Shown: positions 18,216-27,372 of the stretch, one piece after another
How positions within the stretch are numbered: the first letter of the stretch is position 1
Layout: the number at the start of each line of letters is the position of its first letter
DNA from: Chloroflexota bacterium
Lineage (GTDB): Bacteria; Chloroflexota; Limnocylindria; QHBO01
Reading direction: 5' to 3'
Assembly: GCA_005879775.1 (NCBI GenBank)
Contig: VBJX01000001.1
Span: 12,671 to 54,273, forward strand
Length of the DNA stretch: 41,603 bases
Made by a program: the position numbers and the translations under genes
Notes under the pieces: generated by a model
What the model was told of the DNA's origin: nothing
The model's database searches: none
The model's input: the letters and a program-made list of their open reading frames with translations, nothing else

Positions 18216-18572
18216 CTAGCGGTCGCGCTCGCGAAATTCCGCAATGCGGAACTCGACGAGCCTGGTGACGAGATCCGCTGGGAGTGGTCGATCGGCCTTG
18301 AAGTTGATGGTCCCCTTCCAGAGCCGATAGCCGCCGAGCTCTGCCTTGAACGCCTCGAGAGGCGCCTTTCCCGCGTACAGGGAGAGGTGGTCCTTGCCGG
18401 CGCCGAAGCCCACGAAGAATCGGCCATCGAGCTTGAACGCCGGCATCCCGTAGCTGATCCCCTCCTCGGCGTCCGGTGCGGCGGTCCGGATCTGGGCTCG
18501 AAGGCGTTCGAGTGCCCCGCGCTGAAGCTCCGGCACCCCGACCAGGTAATCGTCGATCGTTCGTGCCTTCAT
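18216..18572 (-). CDS. DUF1801/YdhG-like protein
   Basis: TIDDYL, APDAEEGISYGMPAF, HLSLY and KGTINF..PLP. Confidence 0.88.
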   Translation of the reverse strand: MKARTIDDYLVGVPELQRGALERLRAQIRTAAPDAEEGISYGMPAFKLDGRFFVGFGAGKDHLSLYAGKAPLEAFKAELGGYRLWKGTINFKADRPLPADLVTRLVEFRIAEFRERDR

Positions 18573-18599
18573 CGGCCGAAGTCTATGGAACCAACGGCC

Positions 18600-19070
18600 T
18601 CAGCGGCGACGCAGTCGGAGGACGGGGATCTCGCGATCGGTCTTCGATCGGTATTTGTCGTACTCGGGCGCCTCGATCGCGATGCGTGCCCAAGCTGACT
18701 CGAGATCCACGCCAGCAAGCGTCTCAGCGCGCACCGGAACGCGGCGCTCGTCCGCAAACTCGATTGTCGCCTCCGGATGCCTGGCCAGGTTGTAGAGCCA
18801 GGCAGGGTGGCGAGCGGCCCCAGCGAGCGAGGCGATCACGAGCCATGTCGAATCCGACTCTTCGATGTAGCCGAGCAGCGCGGTCCGCGGCTGGCCAGAC
18901 CTGGCGCCGATCGTCTCCAGCACGAAGGTGTGGAGCCCGCCCTGGGTGCGCCCGCCGCGACGCCGGCGGAACTGGCGCAGCTGCATCCGGCTGGCGAGGC
19001 TGGCTAACCATCCAGGAAGCCGGGGAAACGGGACGCCGCGCGTCCCCCGCGGCGGGACATTGACGCTCAT
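18600..19070 (-). CDS. Deazaflavin (F420)-dependent nitroreductase (Ddn) family protein
   Basis: LETIGARSGQPR, IASLAGAARHPAWLYNL and Y...TDREIPV. Confidence 0.88.
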   Translation of the reverse strand: MSVNVPPRGTRGVPFPRLPGWLASLASRMQLRQFRRRRGGRTQGGLHTFVLETIGARSGQPRTALLGYIEESDSTWLVIASLAGAARHPAWLYNLARHPEATIEFADERRVPVRAETLAGVDLESAWARIAIEAPEYDKYRSKTDREIPVLRLRRR

Positions 19071-19228
19071 CTCACGATTCTCCACCCAGCGCGCCAGATA
19101 CTTCTTGCCTTGGGAAGAGCCTTAGCTGGCACGACATCCTCGCAGCGGGCGCGTGACCGGACCCGAACGTGGGTTCAGCGGCTGAGGTGCGGGCTGAGCA
19201 GACGCCGCTGATAGCGTAGCCTTCCACC

Positions 19229-19687
19229 GTGAGCCGGGAAGTCGAGGAATCGAACCGGCGCCTGTTGCGGGCCCGAGACGCCATGGACCGCGCCTACGCC
19301 GAGCCGCTCGACGTCCGCGCCGTGGCCGCGGTGGCCCACGTTTCCGAGGCGCACTTCATCCGCAGCTTCCGGGCCGTGTTCGGGGAGACTCCGCACCGAT
19401 ACCTGCAGCGCCGGCGGGTGGAGCGTTCGATGTTCCTCCTGCGCGAGACCGACCGCAGCGTGACGGACATCTGCCTCGACGTCGGCTTCAGCAGTCTCGG
19501 TACCTTCAGCCGCACCTTTCGTGAGATCGTCGGCGAGACGCCGTCGGTCTACCGCATAGGGAATGGGCCAATCGTGGCTCCCCATTGCGTTCAGCTGACG
19601 GCGATGCGACCGCGGGTGGGGGCGAACGAGGTCATCCAATCGAGCAGTTTCGGAGAAGCCACTGCCGCGGGAGCTCGCGTAGGGTGA
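19229..19687 (+). CDS. Short AraC-family HTH regulator
   Basis: HFIRSFRAVFGETPHRYL and VGFSSLGTFSRTF; precedes the VOC gene. Confidence 0.9.
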   Translation: MSREVEESNRRLLRARDAMDRAYAEPLDVRAVAAVAHVSEAHFIRSFRAVFGETPHRYLQRRRVERSMFLLRETDRSVTDICLDVGFSSLGTFSRTFREIVGETPSVYRIGNGPIVAPHCVQLTAMRPRVGANEVIQSSSFGEATAAGARVG

Positions 19688-19715
19688 AGGTCACCTCGAC
19701 CGAAGGAGAAACGCG

Positions 19716-20147
19716 ATGATCACGAAGCTCAACGTGGCCTCGATCTACGTCCTCGACAAGGAGGAGGCGCTCGGCTTCTATGTCGACAAGCTTGGCCTCG
19801 AGAAGGGTAACGACGTCCGCCAGGGCGACTACCGCTGGCTGACGGTCCGCGTTCCGGGCCAGCCGGGTACCGAGATCTCGCTGGAGCAGCCGGGCCCGCC
19901 GCTGCACGACGAGGCGACCGCGGCACAGCTCCGCGAGCTCATCACCAAGGGCGCCCTCGGCGGCCTCGTCTTCGTCACCGACGATGCCCGCGGCCTGTAC
20001 GAGACCCTGAAGGCGCGCGGCGTCACCGACTTCACCCAGGAGCCCACCGAGCACTTCTACGGGACCGACATGGGCGTCCGCGATCCGTTCGGCAACGCGA
20101 TCCGGATCCTTCAGCAGGGAGATGTCCCCCAGGAGGCGACCGCCTGA
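19716..20147 (+). CDS. VOC/glyoxalase family protein
   Basis: ALGFYVDKLG, RWLTV and RDPFGN; AAGGAG RBS. Confidence 0.9.
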   Translation: MITKLNVASIYVLDKEEALGFYVDKLGLEKGNDVRQGDYRWLTVRVPGQPGTEISLEQPGPPLHDEATAAQLRELITKGALGGLVFVTDDARGLYETLKARGVTDFTQEPTEHFYGTDMGVRDPFGNAIRILQQGDVPQEATA

Positions 20148-20195
20148 AGCCAACAGCCTCGATTCACGCTCGAAATCGGGGCTCGAAGCGGAGGT

Positions 20196-20272
20196 TGGTA
20201 CCGCATACCGGATTCGAACCGGTGGTCTCCGCCTTGAGAGGGCGGTGTCCTAGGCCTCTAGACGAATGCGGC
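20196..20272 (-). tRNA. tRNA-Glu(CTC)
   Basis: GCCGCATTCGTCTAGAGGCCTAGGACACCGCCCTCTCAAGGCGGAGACCACCGGTTCGAATCCGGTATGCGGTACCA; CCA encoded; TGnTATACT promoter at 20293-20301. Confidence 0.96.
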
Positions 20273-20342
20273 ATGCGTCCCGGGCGGGCCCGAGTATAGC
20301 AACGGTCTCTCGGGCCGCCCAACGAGCGGGTGGCCGCCGAGC

Positions 20343-21233
20343 TCAGTCGCGGTGGCGGAAGGCCTGGACCGCGAAGGCCAGGAAGACGACCCCGACTGCC
20401 AGCAGGATGAGCGCCTCGACCAGGATCGGCAGCGGGTTTCCGAAAAGGGTCAGTCCGAGCTTGTCGAGCGCGGCGTTCGGCACGCCGGCGCCGCCAAGGA
20501 CGACCCGTCGGATCGGGTCGATCCCGTAGCTGGCGATGTCGAGGCGGGTCAGCACCGTCATCCAGGCCGGCAGGCCCGACATGGGGAAGAGCGCGCCGGA
20601 GAGGAAGAAGATCGGCATCATCAGGAAGTTCATCACCATCTGGAAGCCCTGCATCGACTTCAGGCGGGCCGCGATCACCACCCCCAGCGCCGAGAGGGTG
20701 AAGGCCAGCAGGAAGACGAGCGGCACCAGCTCGATGATGCTCAGGAGGGTGAGCTTGACGCCGATGACGGGCGCCAGGACCAGCAGGATCAGCCCCTGGA
20801 CCATGGCCTGGGTGGCGCCTCCGAGGGCCTTGCCGATGGCCACCGCCGACCGATCGATGGGCGCCACCAGGATCTCCTTGAGGAAGCCGAATTCGCGGTC
20901 CCACACGATCGACATGGCGCCGAACATGGCGGTGAAGAGGACCGTCATGCTGATGACGCCGGGGAAGATGAACTGGGTATAGGTGAGCCCGCCGGAGGTG
21001 CCGGCGAAGCCTCCGCCCAGCGCCGAGCTGAGCCCGGTGCCGAAGATGAGCAGGTAGAGGAGCGGCTGGGCCAGCGAGGCGACGAGCCTGGTCCGATCCC
21101 TGACGTACCGCACCACGTCGCGGTACCAGATGATGTAGATCGCGCGCAGCGTGGCGCGGCCCACCCGGGGCCGTCGCGTCCCGGTTTCGCTCAGGCCGGC
21201 CCGCTGGCCGAGCAGCTGATCCTGTGTCGTCAT
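20343..21233 (-). CDS. ABC-2 type exporter permease (DrrB-like)
   Basis: DREFGFLKEILVAP and FFLSGALFP; start overlaps the ATPase stop. Confidence 0.9.
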   Translation of the reverse strand: MTTQDQLLGQRAGLSETGTRRPRVGRATLRAIYIIWYRDVVRYVRDRTRLVASLAQPLLYLLIFGTGLSSALGGGFAGTSGGLTYTQFIFPGVISMTVLFTAMFGAMSIVWDREFGFLKEILVAPIDRSAVAIGKALGGATQAMVQGLILLVLAPVIGVKLTLLSIIELVPLVFLLAFTLSALGVVIAARLKSMQGFQMVMNFLMMPIFFLSGALFPMSGLPAWMTVLTRLDIASYGIDPIRRVVLGGAGVPNAALDKLGLTLFGNPLPILVEALILLAVGVVFLAFAVQAFRHRD

Positions 21234-22222
21234 CGGCGTCCACCTCTTCCCCACATGCGGCCCATCATCCGCAGTTGATCCTTGGAGCTTGACTCTTCCT
21301 CACGGATGGCGTGTCCGGTGAGCTTGATGAACACGTCGTCCAGGCTTGGCCGGTGGAACGAGACCGAGGTCACCGGCACGCTCAGCTCGCGCACGAGCTG
21401 CGGGACGAAGCCGGCGCCATCGGCCACCTCGACCCGGACCGTTCCATTGTCGATCTGGGGCTCGAGGCTGAAGACCCGCCCGAGCTCTGCGGCCGCGGTC
21501 GCGCTGTCGGCGCTCGAGAAGGTGACGATGTCGCCACCGACCATCGCCTTGAGCTCATCGGGCGTGCCCAGTGCCACGATCTTGCCGCCGTCGATGATCG
21601 CGATCCGATCGCAGAACTCCGCCTCGTCCATGTAGTGGGTGGTCATGAAGATGGTGATCCCCGCTCGGCGGCGGAGCTCCTGGAGATAGCTCCAGATGTG
21701 GCGGCGTGTCTGCGGGTCGAGGCCCAGCGTCGGCTCGTCCAGGAAGAGGACGTGCGGGGTGTGGAGTACGCCACGCGCGATCTCGAGCCGCCGGCGCATA
21801 CCGCCCGAGAAGGTGCGTACCTGCGAGCCGGCCCGATCGGTCAGCTCGACCATCTCGAGCACCTCGTCGATCCGCTCCTTGCGCTGGGTGGCAGGCACGT
21901 CGTAGATGAAGGCGTGGAACTCCAGGTTCTGGCGCGCGGTCAGCTGGTCGTCGAGCGAGGGGTCCTGGAAGACGAGCCCGATGTTTGCGCGCACCTCGTC
22001 CGGATGCGCCACCACGTCCAGCCCGGCCACCGTGGCCCGTCCGGCGCTCGGCAGGAGGAGCGTGCAGAAGACGTTGATGGTCGTCGACTTGCCGGCCCCG
22101 TTGGGACCCAGGAAGCCGAAGACCTCGCCCGCCTTGACCTCCAGGTCGATCCCCTTGACCGCCTCGACCTCGCCGTAGCTTTTTACCAGCTGCTCAGCGG
22201 TGATGACCGCGTCGCCGGTCAC
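21230..22222 (-). CDS. ABC exporter ATP-binding protein (DrrA-like)
   Basis: GPNGAGKST, FSGGMRRR, LFLDEPT and TTHYMDEA. Confidence 0.92.
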   Translation of the reverse strand: MTGDAVITAEQLVKSYGEVEAVKGIDLEVKAGEVFGFLGPNGAGKSTTINVFCTLLLPSAGRATVAGLDVVAHPDEVRANIGLVFQDPSLDDQLTARQNLEFHAFIYDVPATQRKERIDEVLEMVELTDRAGSQVRTFSGGMRRRLEIARGVLHTPHVLFLDEPTLGLDPQTRRHIWSYLQELRRRAGITIFMTTHYMDEAEFCDRIAIIDGGKIVALGTPDELKAMVGGDIVTFSSADSATAAAELGRVFSLEPQIDNGTVRVEVADGAGFVPQLVRELSVPVTSVSFHRPSLDDVFIKLTGHAIREEESSSKDQLRMMGRMWGRGGRR

Positions 22223-22773
22223 TGCACCGCCTCCTTGTCGCGGCTCGCTGCCTGGAGCGGCTCGCCGTCGTCGTCTGCCAGCAGGCCGTAAATCCGGCGT
22301 CGGGCATCGATCAGGATCTCCCGCGCCTGTGCCTGGGCCTCTTCGGATCCGACCCGGCTCACCTGGATCGCGCCTCCGACCAGCTGTACCGCAAGGCGGC
22401 GCAGGTCCATCGATCGCTTTCCGCCGCGTGCGTCGAACCAGGGATGCCTGCGCAGCGGGCTCCGTTCGGCCTCGGCAGCGCCGGCCACCGTCAGGGTGTA
22501 GACGCGGCGTCCGTCCTGCTCCCGGCTGCGGACCATGCCTTCATCCTCGAGCTGCTGGAGGATCGGGTAGACCGATCCGGCGCTCGGGCGCCATCGGCCT
22601 CCGCTCAGCTGCTCGAGCTCCTGCATGACCTGGTAGCCGTGCATCGGTGCCTTGGCCAGGACAGCCAGAATGGCTGGCCTCACTCCGTGGCGAGCCATGG
22701 CGCGTCCGACGCGCAGCGGGTCGAAGATCTCGCGCAGCCGTGCACGATCCGCTCGGTTCATTGGGTCGACCAT
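22219..22773 (-). CDS. PadR family transcriptional regulator
   Basis: PMHGYQVMQEL...WRPSAGSVYPILQQLEDEG...RRVYTLT. Confidence 0.9.
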   Translation of the reverse strand: MVDPMNRADRARLREIFDPLRVGRAMARHGVRPAILAVLAKAPMHGYQVMQELEQLSGGRWRPSAGSVYPILQQLEDEGMVRSREQDGRRVYTLTVAGAAEAERSPLRRHPWFDARGGKRSMDLRRLAVQLVGGAIQVSRVGSEEAQAQAREILIDARRRIYGLLADDDGEPLQAASRDKEAVQ

Positions 22774-22803
22774 CTCGTGTTCCTGCTCTCGTGGCTTCAC
22801 GTC

Positions 22804-22837
22804 GTGTCACGATATATCGCGACACTATCGGCGTCAA
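22804..22837 (-). promoter_or_regulatory. PadR operator palindrome overlapping the promoter
   Basis: GTGTCACGATATATCGCGACAC (22804-22825) is a near-perfect 22-bp palindrome over the -10 of TTGACG-N17-TATCGT. Confidence 0.75.
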
Positions 22838-23094
22838 GCGGTCCCTGTGTCGTCCGGGCCGGGTTCGTCATGCTCCTCGCGCGGTCGCGGCTCCTGCGCG
22901 GGCTCGGGCTCCTCCGCGGGCTCGGGCTCCTGCGCGGGCTCCGGCTGCTCAGGCTCCACCGGCTGCTCGGGCTCCTCCGGTGGCGGTACCGAGCCGAGCC
23001 TGGCCCTCAGATCGGAGAGGAGCGTCTCGCGGCGACGCTCCGCCTGTTCCCGCGCGGTCGCCTCGTCGCGCTCACGGTCGCGCTTGCGCTTCAT
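22834..23094 (-). CDS. Hypothetical low-complexity protein with E/P-rich repeats
   Basis: Basic helical N-terminus followed by EPEPAQ-type repeats. Confidence 0.5.
   Translation of the reverse strand: MKRKRDRERDEATAREQAERRRETLLSDLRARLGSVPPPEEPEQPVEPEQPEPAQEPEPAEEPEPAQEPRPREEHDEPGPDDTGTA
22891..22980. repeat. 18-bp tandem repeat (5 degenerate copies)
   Basis: CTCCTGCGCGGGCTCGGG-like units at 22891, 22909, 22927, 22945 and 22963. Confidence 0.8.
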
Positions 23095-23131
23095 GGCGAA
23101 CCGAACATGGCTGTGACCGATCCCCAGCGGC

Positions 23132-23964
23132 TCAGCGCGCCGTGCCGGCGGTCATGAGCGCGGCGACCATGGCATGGCGCCGCTCCTCGAGCCAGCCGAG
23201 CACCGAGCCGGCAACCTGCGGCCAGCTCTCCGAGCCCATCACCAGTCCGAAGTGGCTGGCTGACGGGAAGTACTCGTAGGTGGCTCCCAGCAGGTCAGCG
23301 GTGCGTCGCGCCTCGGCAGGATGGATGACGTCATCCAGGCCGGCGCCGATCACCAGGGTCGGGACCGAGATGAGCGAGGCATCGACCGGGACGCCCAGCA
23401 TCCGCTCGCGCCGGGCGCTGCCGGACTCGCGCGCGCCAGCGAGCATCTCCTGCATCTTTTCCAGCTCGTCGTCGTTCATGTCGGGCATCGCGTCAGCCAG
23501 GCGGTCCCATGGCTGCAGCCAGCCCCACCAGGTGGCGTCATAGACAGGAGGCACGGCCTTGAGCTCGTGCTCGGACGGCCTGCGCGGGAGCGCCCCGGCC
23601 GGCGGGGAGGGTGCCAGGAGGACGAGCCCCAGCACCCGGTTGCGCTCGGCGTAGAGCATTCCGGCCAGCGCGCCGATCCCAGCTGGCGGACGGCTATGCC
23701 GATATCGGTCGCGTAGTCGCGCATCGTCGTCTCGCCAAGGTCGGCGACGTCCGAGGTGTAGTGGCCCCTGAGGTTCATGGCGTGGGCTTCCCACCCGCGC
23801 TCGGCGAAATAGGCCCCGAAGCTCGACCAGAGCCACGACCCGGTCAAGGCGCCGTGGACGAGGAGGAGTGGAGGCTTGCGGCTGCGGCGCTCCGGCTGCT
23901 GGGTCTCGACGTAGATCCCCTCCGGCTCGATGTAGACCTCGTCGCGCTTGATGGCCTGGACCAC
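23132..23964 (-). pseudogene. Alpha/beta hydrolase split by an internal deletion/frameshift near 23680
   Basis: The N-half (LLVHGALTGSW...AVRQLG) and C-half (IGALAG...PTLVIGAGLD...SHFG) are in different frames, and the beta strand and nucleophile elbow between them are missing. Confidence 0.75.
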
Positions 23965-23967
23965 GGA

Positions 23968-25278
23968 TCAGCTGTCCTCGAGTGAGTGGAAGACCATGCC
24001 CGTCAGAAGCTTGGGGTAAAAGTAGGTCGACTTGTGAGGCATCACCTCGCCGGCGTTCGCCACGGCGGCGAGCTGCTCGAGCTTGGTGGGACGGACGAGG
24101 ATCGCGGCCTTGGCCGCTCCGCGCGCCACGGCGGCGAGAGCCTCCGCCTCGTCCCTAGTGTAGGCCACCCGATCCTCCGCGTCGGAAGACGCCAGATCGA
24201 TCCCCAGCCGATCGCCGAGGATCGCGGTGTGCAGGATCGCCAGGTCCAGGGTGCGCACCGCCTCACCCGTCCGCTCCCGTCGCATTCGCTCGGCGATCGC
24301 GTCCCGATTCCCGACCAGCAGGAACCCCTGATCCCCCGGCAGCACCAGGCCGAAGACTGCCCGGTCGTCGCTGCCCAGGGCTGCCAGGCGTGTGGGCAGC
24401 TCCTCCGGCGCCACGGGTATGGCCGCCCACAACGGGTCTGTCCCCGCTCCCAGCGAGGCAAGCGCCTCCACGTCAGCCTCCAGGAGGAGCCGATGGGTGG
24501 GTCTTATCTCGAGCTCCTCCAACTCGGCGTTGACAAGCACCACCATCACCCAGTCCGCGGGCAGCTCGCCGGGCGGAGCATCTGCCACGTGTGGGTCGGC
24601 TCGCACCTCAGCCTGGTAGGCGAGAGCGGTCTCGTAGCGGTGATGCCCGTCCGCGATGAAGAGGCGCTGCCGCGAGAGGAAGCTGCTCAGCTGCTCATCG
24701 GGGTCCCGGGCGGCGAGCGTGTGCAGCAGCCCGTCGTCGTCGCGGGCGCGCCATGCATCGTTTCCCGGCTGGCTCATCACCTGGCGGTAGTCCTCGGAGC
24801 CATCGAAATAGATGGCCAGGATCGGCGAGAGCTGCGTGTGGGTGGCGCGCAGCAGTGCCAGCCGATCGGCCTTCGGGCCGGCGAAGGTGTGCTCGTGCGC
24901 GCGCACATCGGCGCCGAATGGCTCCAGCAGGACACGCGCCAGGACGCCGTGCACGGCGGGCTCGTCGGGCGTCGCCGGTCGCGCGAAGCTGTAGTCGTAG
25001 GCCGATGGCGCGGCTCGCCGCTCGAGCGTCCCATCCGCCTGCCAGGCGGCAAGGGTCCGGGCGGCAGCCGCGTGGGGATCGGGCTCGGGCGCCAACTCCA
25101 GGCGGACCGCATTGTGGGGGTCCCGGGCGAGCAGCGAGGCCTGCTGTACCGGTGAGATGACGTCGTACGGCGGGCAGACAACGTCCGTCAGGTCTGCGAG
25201 GCGACCACCCGCCGTGGCGTCGACCGCGTATCGGTCGAGCGCGTAGCCGAGGCCGCGGAATGGACGGACGAGGGGCAT
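23968..25278 (-). CDS. DUF1015 family protein (ParB/Srx-like)
   Basis: VRPFRG, CPPYDVI, HEHT, IADGHHRYETA and MPHKSTYFYPKL; TACACT -10 7 nt before the ATG. Confidence 0.9.
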   Translation of the reverse strand: MPLVRPFRGLGYALDRYAVDATAGGRLADLTDVVCPPYDVISPVQQASLLARDPHNAVRLELAPEPDPHAAAARTLAAWQADGTLERRAAPSAYDYSFARPATPDEPAVHGVLARVLLEPFGADVRAHEHTFAGPKADRLALLRATHTQLSPILAIYFDGSEDYRQVMSQPGNDAWRARDDDGLLHTLAARDPDEQLSSFLSRQRLFIADGHHRYETALAYQAEVRADPHVADAPPGELPADWVMVVLVNAELEELEIRPTHRLLLEADVEALASLGAGTDPLWAAIPVAPEELPTRLAALGSDDRAVFGLVLPGDQGFLLVGNRDAIAERMRRERTGEAVRTLDLAILHTAILGDRLGIDLASSDAEDRVAYTRDEAEALAAVARGAAKAAILVRPTKLEQLAAVANAGEVMPHKSTYFYPKLLTGMVFHSLEDS

Positions 25279-25328
25279 GGCCCCGAGTGTACCGACCGTC
25301 CGTGCCGCCTCTCTGCCATCATCGGTCG

Positions 25329-27278
25329 ATGGCCGAGCCCGAGATCCTGTGGCAGCCAGCGGCCGACGTGCGAGAGCGCACTCGGATCGGCCGCTACCTC
25401 GAGTGGATGGCGGGCCGTGGCCGAACGTTCGCCGACTACGACGAGCTGTGGCACTGGTCCGTCGACGACCTCGAGGGGTTCTGGCGCTCGGTCTGGGACT
25501 TCGGCGAGGTGCGTTCCAGCACGCCGGTCGGCCGCGTCCTGGCCGATCCACGGATGCCCGGCGCAGTCTGGTTCCCCGAGGTCAGGCTGAACTGGGCGGA
25601 GCACGCCCTGCGGCTTGTGTCGCGCGCTGACAACGACAACGTCCTGATCGCCCATTCCGAGTCACGCGAACGATCAACGCTGACGGTCGGCGAGCTCCGG
25701 GACGCCGTGGCCAGGGTTCGCGCCGGTCTCCAGCGCCTGGGGGTGGGACCCGGCGACCGGGTGGCTGCGATCCTGCCCAACGTGCCGGAGGCGATCGTCG
25801 CGCTGCTGGCGACCGCCAGCCTGGGGGCCATCTGGACTTCCTGTGCGCCCGAGTTCGGCTCCCGCAGCGTGGTCGATCGGTTCAGTCAGGTCGAGCCCAA
25901 GGTGCTGCTCGCGATCGATGGCTATCGGTATGCCGGACGGGTCGTCGACCGGACCGATGAGCTGGCGGCCGTCCGCGCGGCCCTTCCCGGGCTGTCGGCC
26001 ACGGTGGTCCTCCCCTACCTCGACGCCGATGCCCAGCCGCCCGATGGAACGCTCGGCTGGTCCGAGCTCACCGCCCAGATCGGGCCGTTGGAGTTCGAGC
26101 AGGTCCCCTTCGACCATCCCCTGTACGTCCTCTACAGCTCGGGCACCACCGGCCTCCCCAAGCCGATCGTCCACGGCCATGGCGGGATCCTGCTCGAGCA
26201 TCTCAAGATCCACGCGCTGCACCACGACCTGGGGCCGGAAGATCGCTTCTTCTGGTTCACGACCACTGGCTGGATGATGTGGAACTACCTGGCATCGGGC
26301 CTGCTGGTCGATGCCAGCCTGGTGCTCTACGACGGCGCGCCGGGCCATCCCGATCTGAACGCCCTCTGGCGCCTGGCGGCCGATGAGCGGATCACCTTCT
26401 TCGGGACGAGCGCGCCGTTCTTGATGGCCTGCCGCAAGGCCGGACTGACGCCGGGGCGCGATCTCGACCTCTCGGGGCTGCGCGGCATCGGTTCGACGGG
26501 AGCCCCGCTTCCCACGGAGGGCTTCCGCTGGGTCTACGAAGCGGTCGGCGAGCGCCTGCAGCTGCAGAGCGTGTCGGGCGGGACGGATGTGTGCACGGCG
26601 TTCGTCGGCGGCTCCCCGCTCGTCCCGGTGTGGGAGGGCGAGATCAGCTGTCGCCACCTCGGCTGCCGGATCGAGGCCTTCGACCCCGAGGGTCGCCCGC
26701 TCATCGGCCAGCAGGGAGAGCTGGTGATCACCGCGCCGATGCCATCCATGCCGGTGGCCTTCTGGAATGACCCCGATGGCTTGCGCTACCGCGCGGCCTA
26801 CTTCGAGCAGTACCCCGGCGTCTGGCGCCACGGCGACTGGATCACGATCAGCGGGCGCGGGACGTGCGTCATCAGCGGGCGCTCGGACGCGACCCTCAAC
26901 CGCGGCGGGGTGCGGATCGGCACAGCCGAGTTCTACGCAGTGGTCGAGGCGTTGCCCGAGGTGGCCGACAGCGTCGTGATCCACCTGGAGGAGACCGATC
27001 AGCTCCTCCTCTTCGTCGCCCTGCGCGACGGCTCTGAGCTGACCGATGAGCTCCGAGCGCGGATCGTGGCCGAGCTGCGCCGCGCGCTCTCGCCGCGCCA
27101 CGCGCCCGATCGGATCGTGGCCGTGCCGGCCATCCCTCGGACGCTCTCCGGGAAGAAGCTGGAGGTCCCGGTCAAGCGGATCCTGGGCGGCACTCCCCCG
27201 GATGCAGCCGCGTCACGCGGATCCCTCACCAACCCCGAGTCCCTCGACGCGTTCGTGGCATTTGCCCGGGATCTTTGA
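25329..27278 (+). CDS. Acetoacetate--CoA ligase
   Basis: YSSGTTGLPKPIVHGHGG, TTTGWMMWN, SGGTD, WRHGDW, GRSDATLN and SGKKLEVPVK. Confidence 0.92.
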   Translation: MAEPEILWQPAADVRERTRIGRYLEWMAGRGRTFADYDELWHWSVDDLEGFWRSVWDFGEVRSSTPVGRVLADPRMPGAVWFPEVRLNWAEHALRLVSRADNDNVLIAHSESRERSTLTVGELRDAVARVRAGLQRLGVGPGDRVAAILPNVPEAIVALLATASLGAIWTSCAPEFGSRSVVDRFSQVEPKVLLAIDGYRYAGRVVDRTDELAAVRAALPGLSATVVLPYLDADAQPPDGTLGWSELTAQIGPLEFEQVPFDHPLYVLYSSGTTGLPKPIVHGHGGILLEHLKIHALHHDLGPEDRFFWFTTTGWMMWNYLASGLLVDASLVLYDGAPGHPDLNALWRLAADERITFFGTSAPFLMACRKAGLTPGRDLDLSGLRGIGSTGAPLPTEGFRWVYEAVGERLQLQSVSGGTDVCTAFVGGSPLVPVWEGEISCRHLGCRIEAFDPEGRPLIGQQGELVITAPMPSMPVAFWNDPDGLRYRAAYFEQYPGVWRHGDWITISGRGTCVISGRSDATLNRGGVRIGTAEFYAVVEALPEVADSVVIHLEETDQLLLFVALRDGSELTDELRARIVAELRRALSPRHAPDRIVAVPAIPRTLSGKKLEVPVKRILGGTPPDAAASRGSLTNPESLDAFVAFARDL

Positions 27279-27372
27279 CCGGCAGCGGGGCCGTGCTGGC
27301 GCGTCAGACCCCTTCGTGCTGCACGAGCGGCCACGACAGGCCGGCCAGGGGGGCGCCTCCCAGCCGACCCGA

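Noticed and set aside
17914..20272. Possible genomic island at the tRNA-Glu 3' end
   Set aside because: No integrase, no duplicated tRNA 3' end (att site) seen, and no evident composition shift
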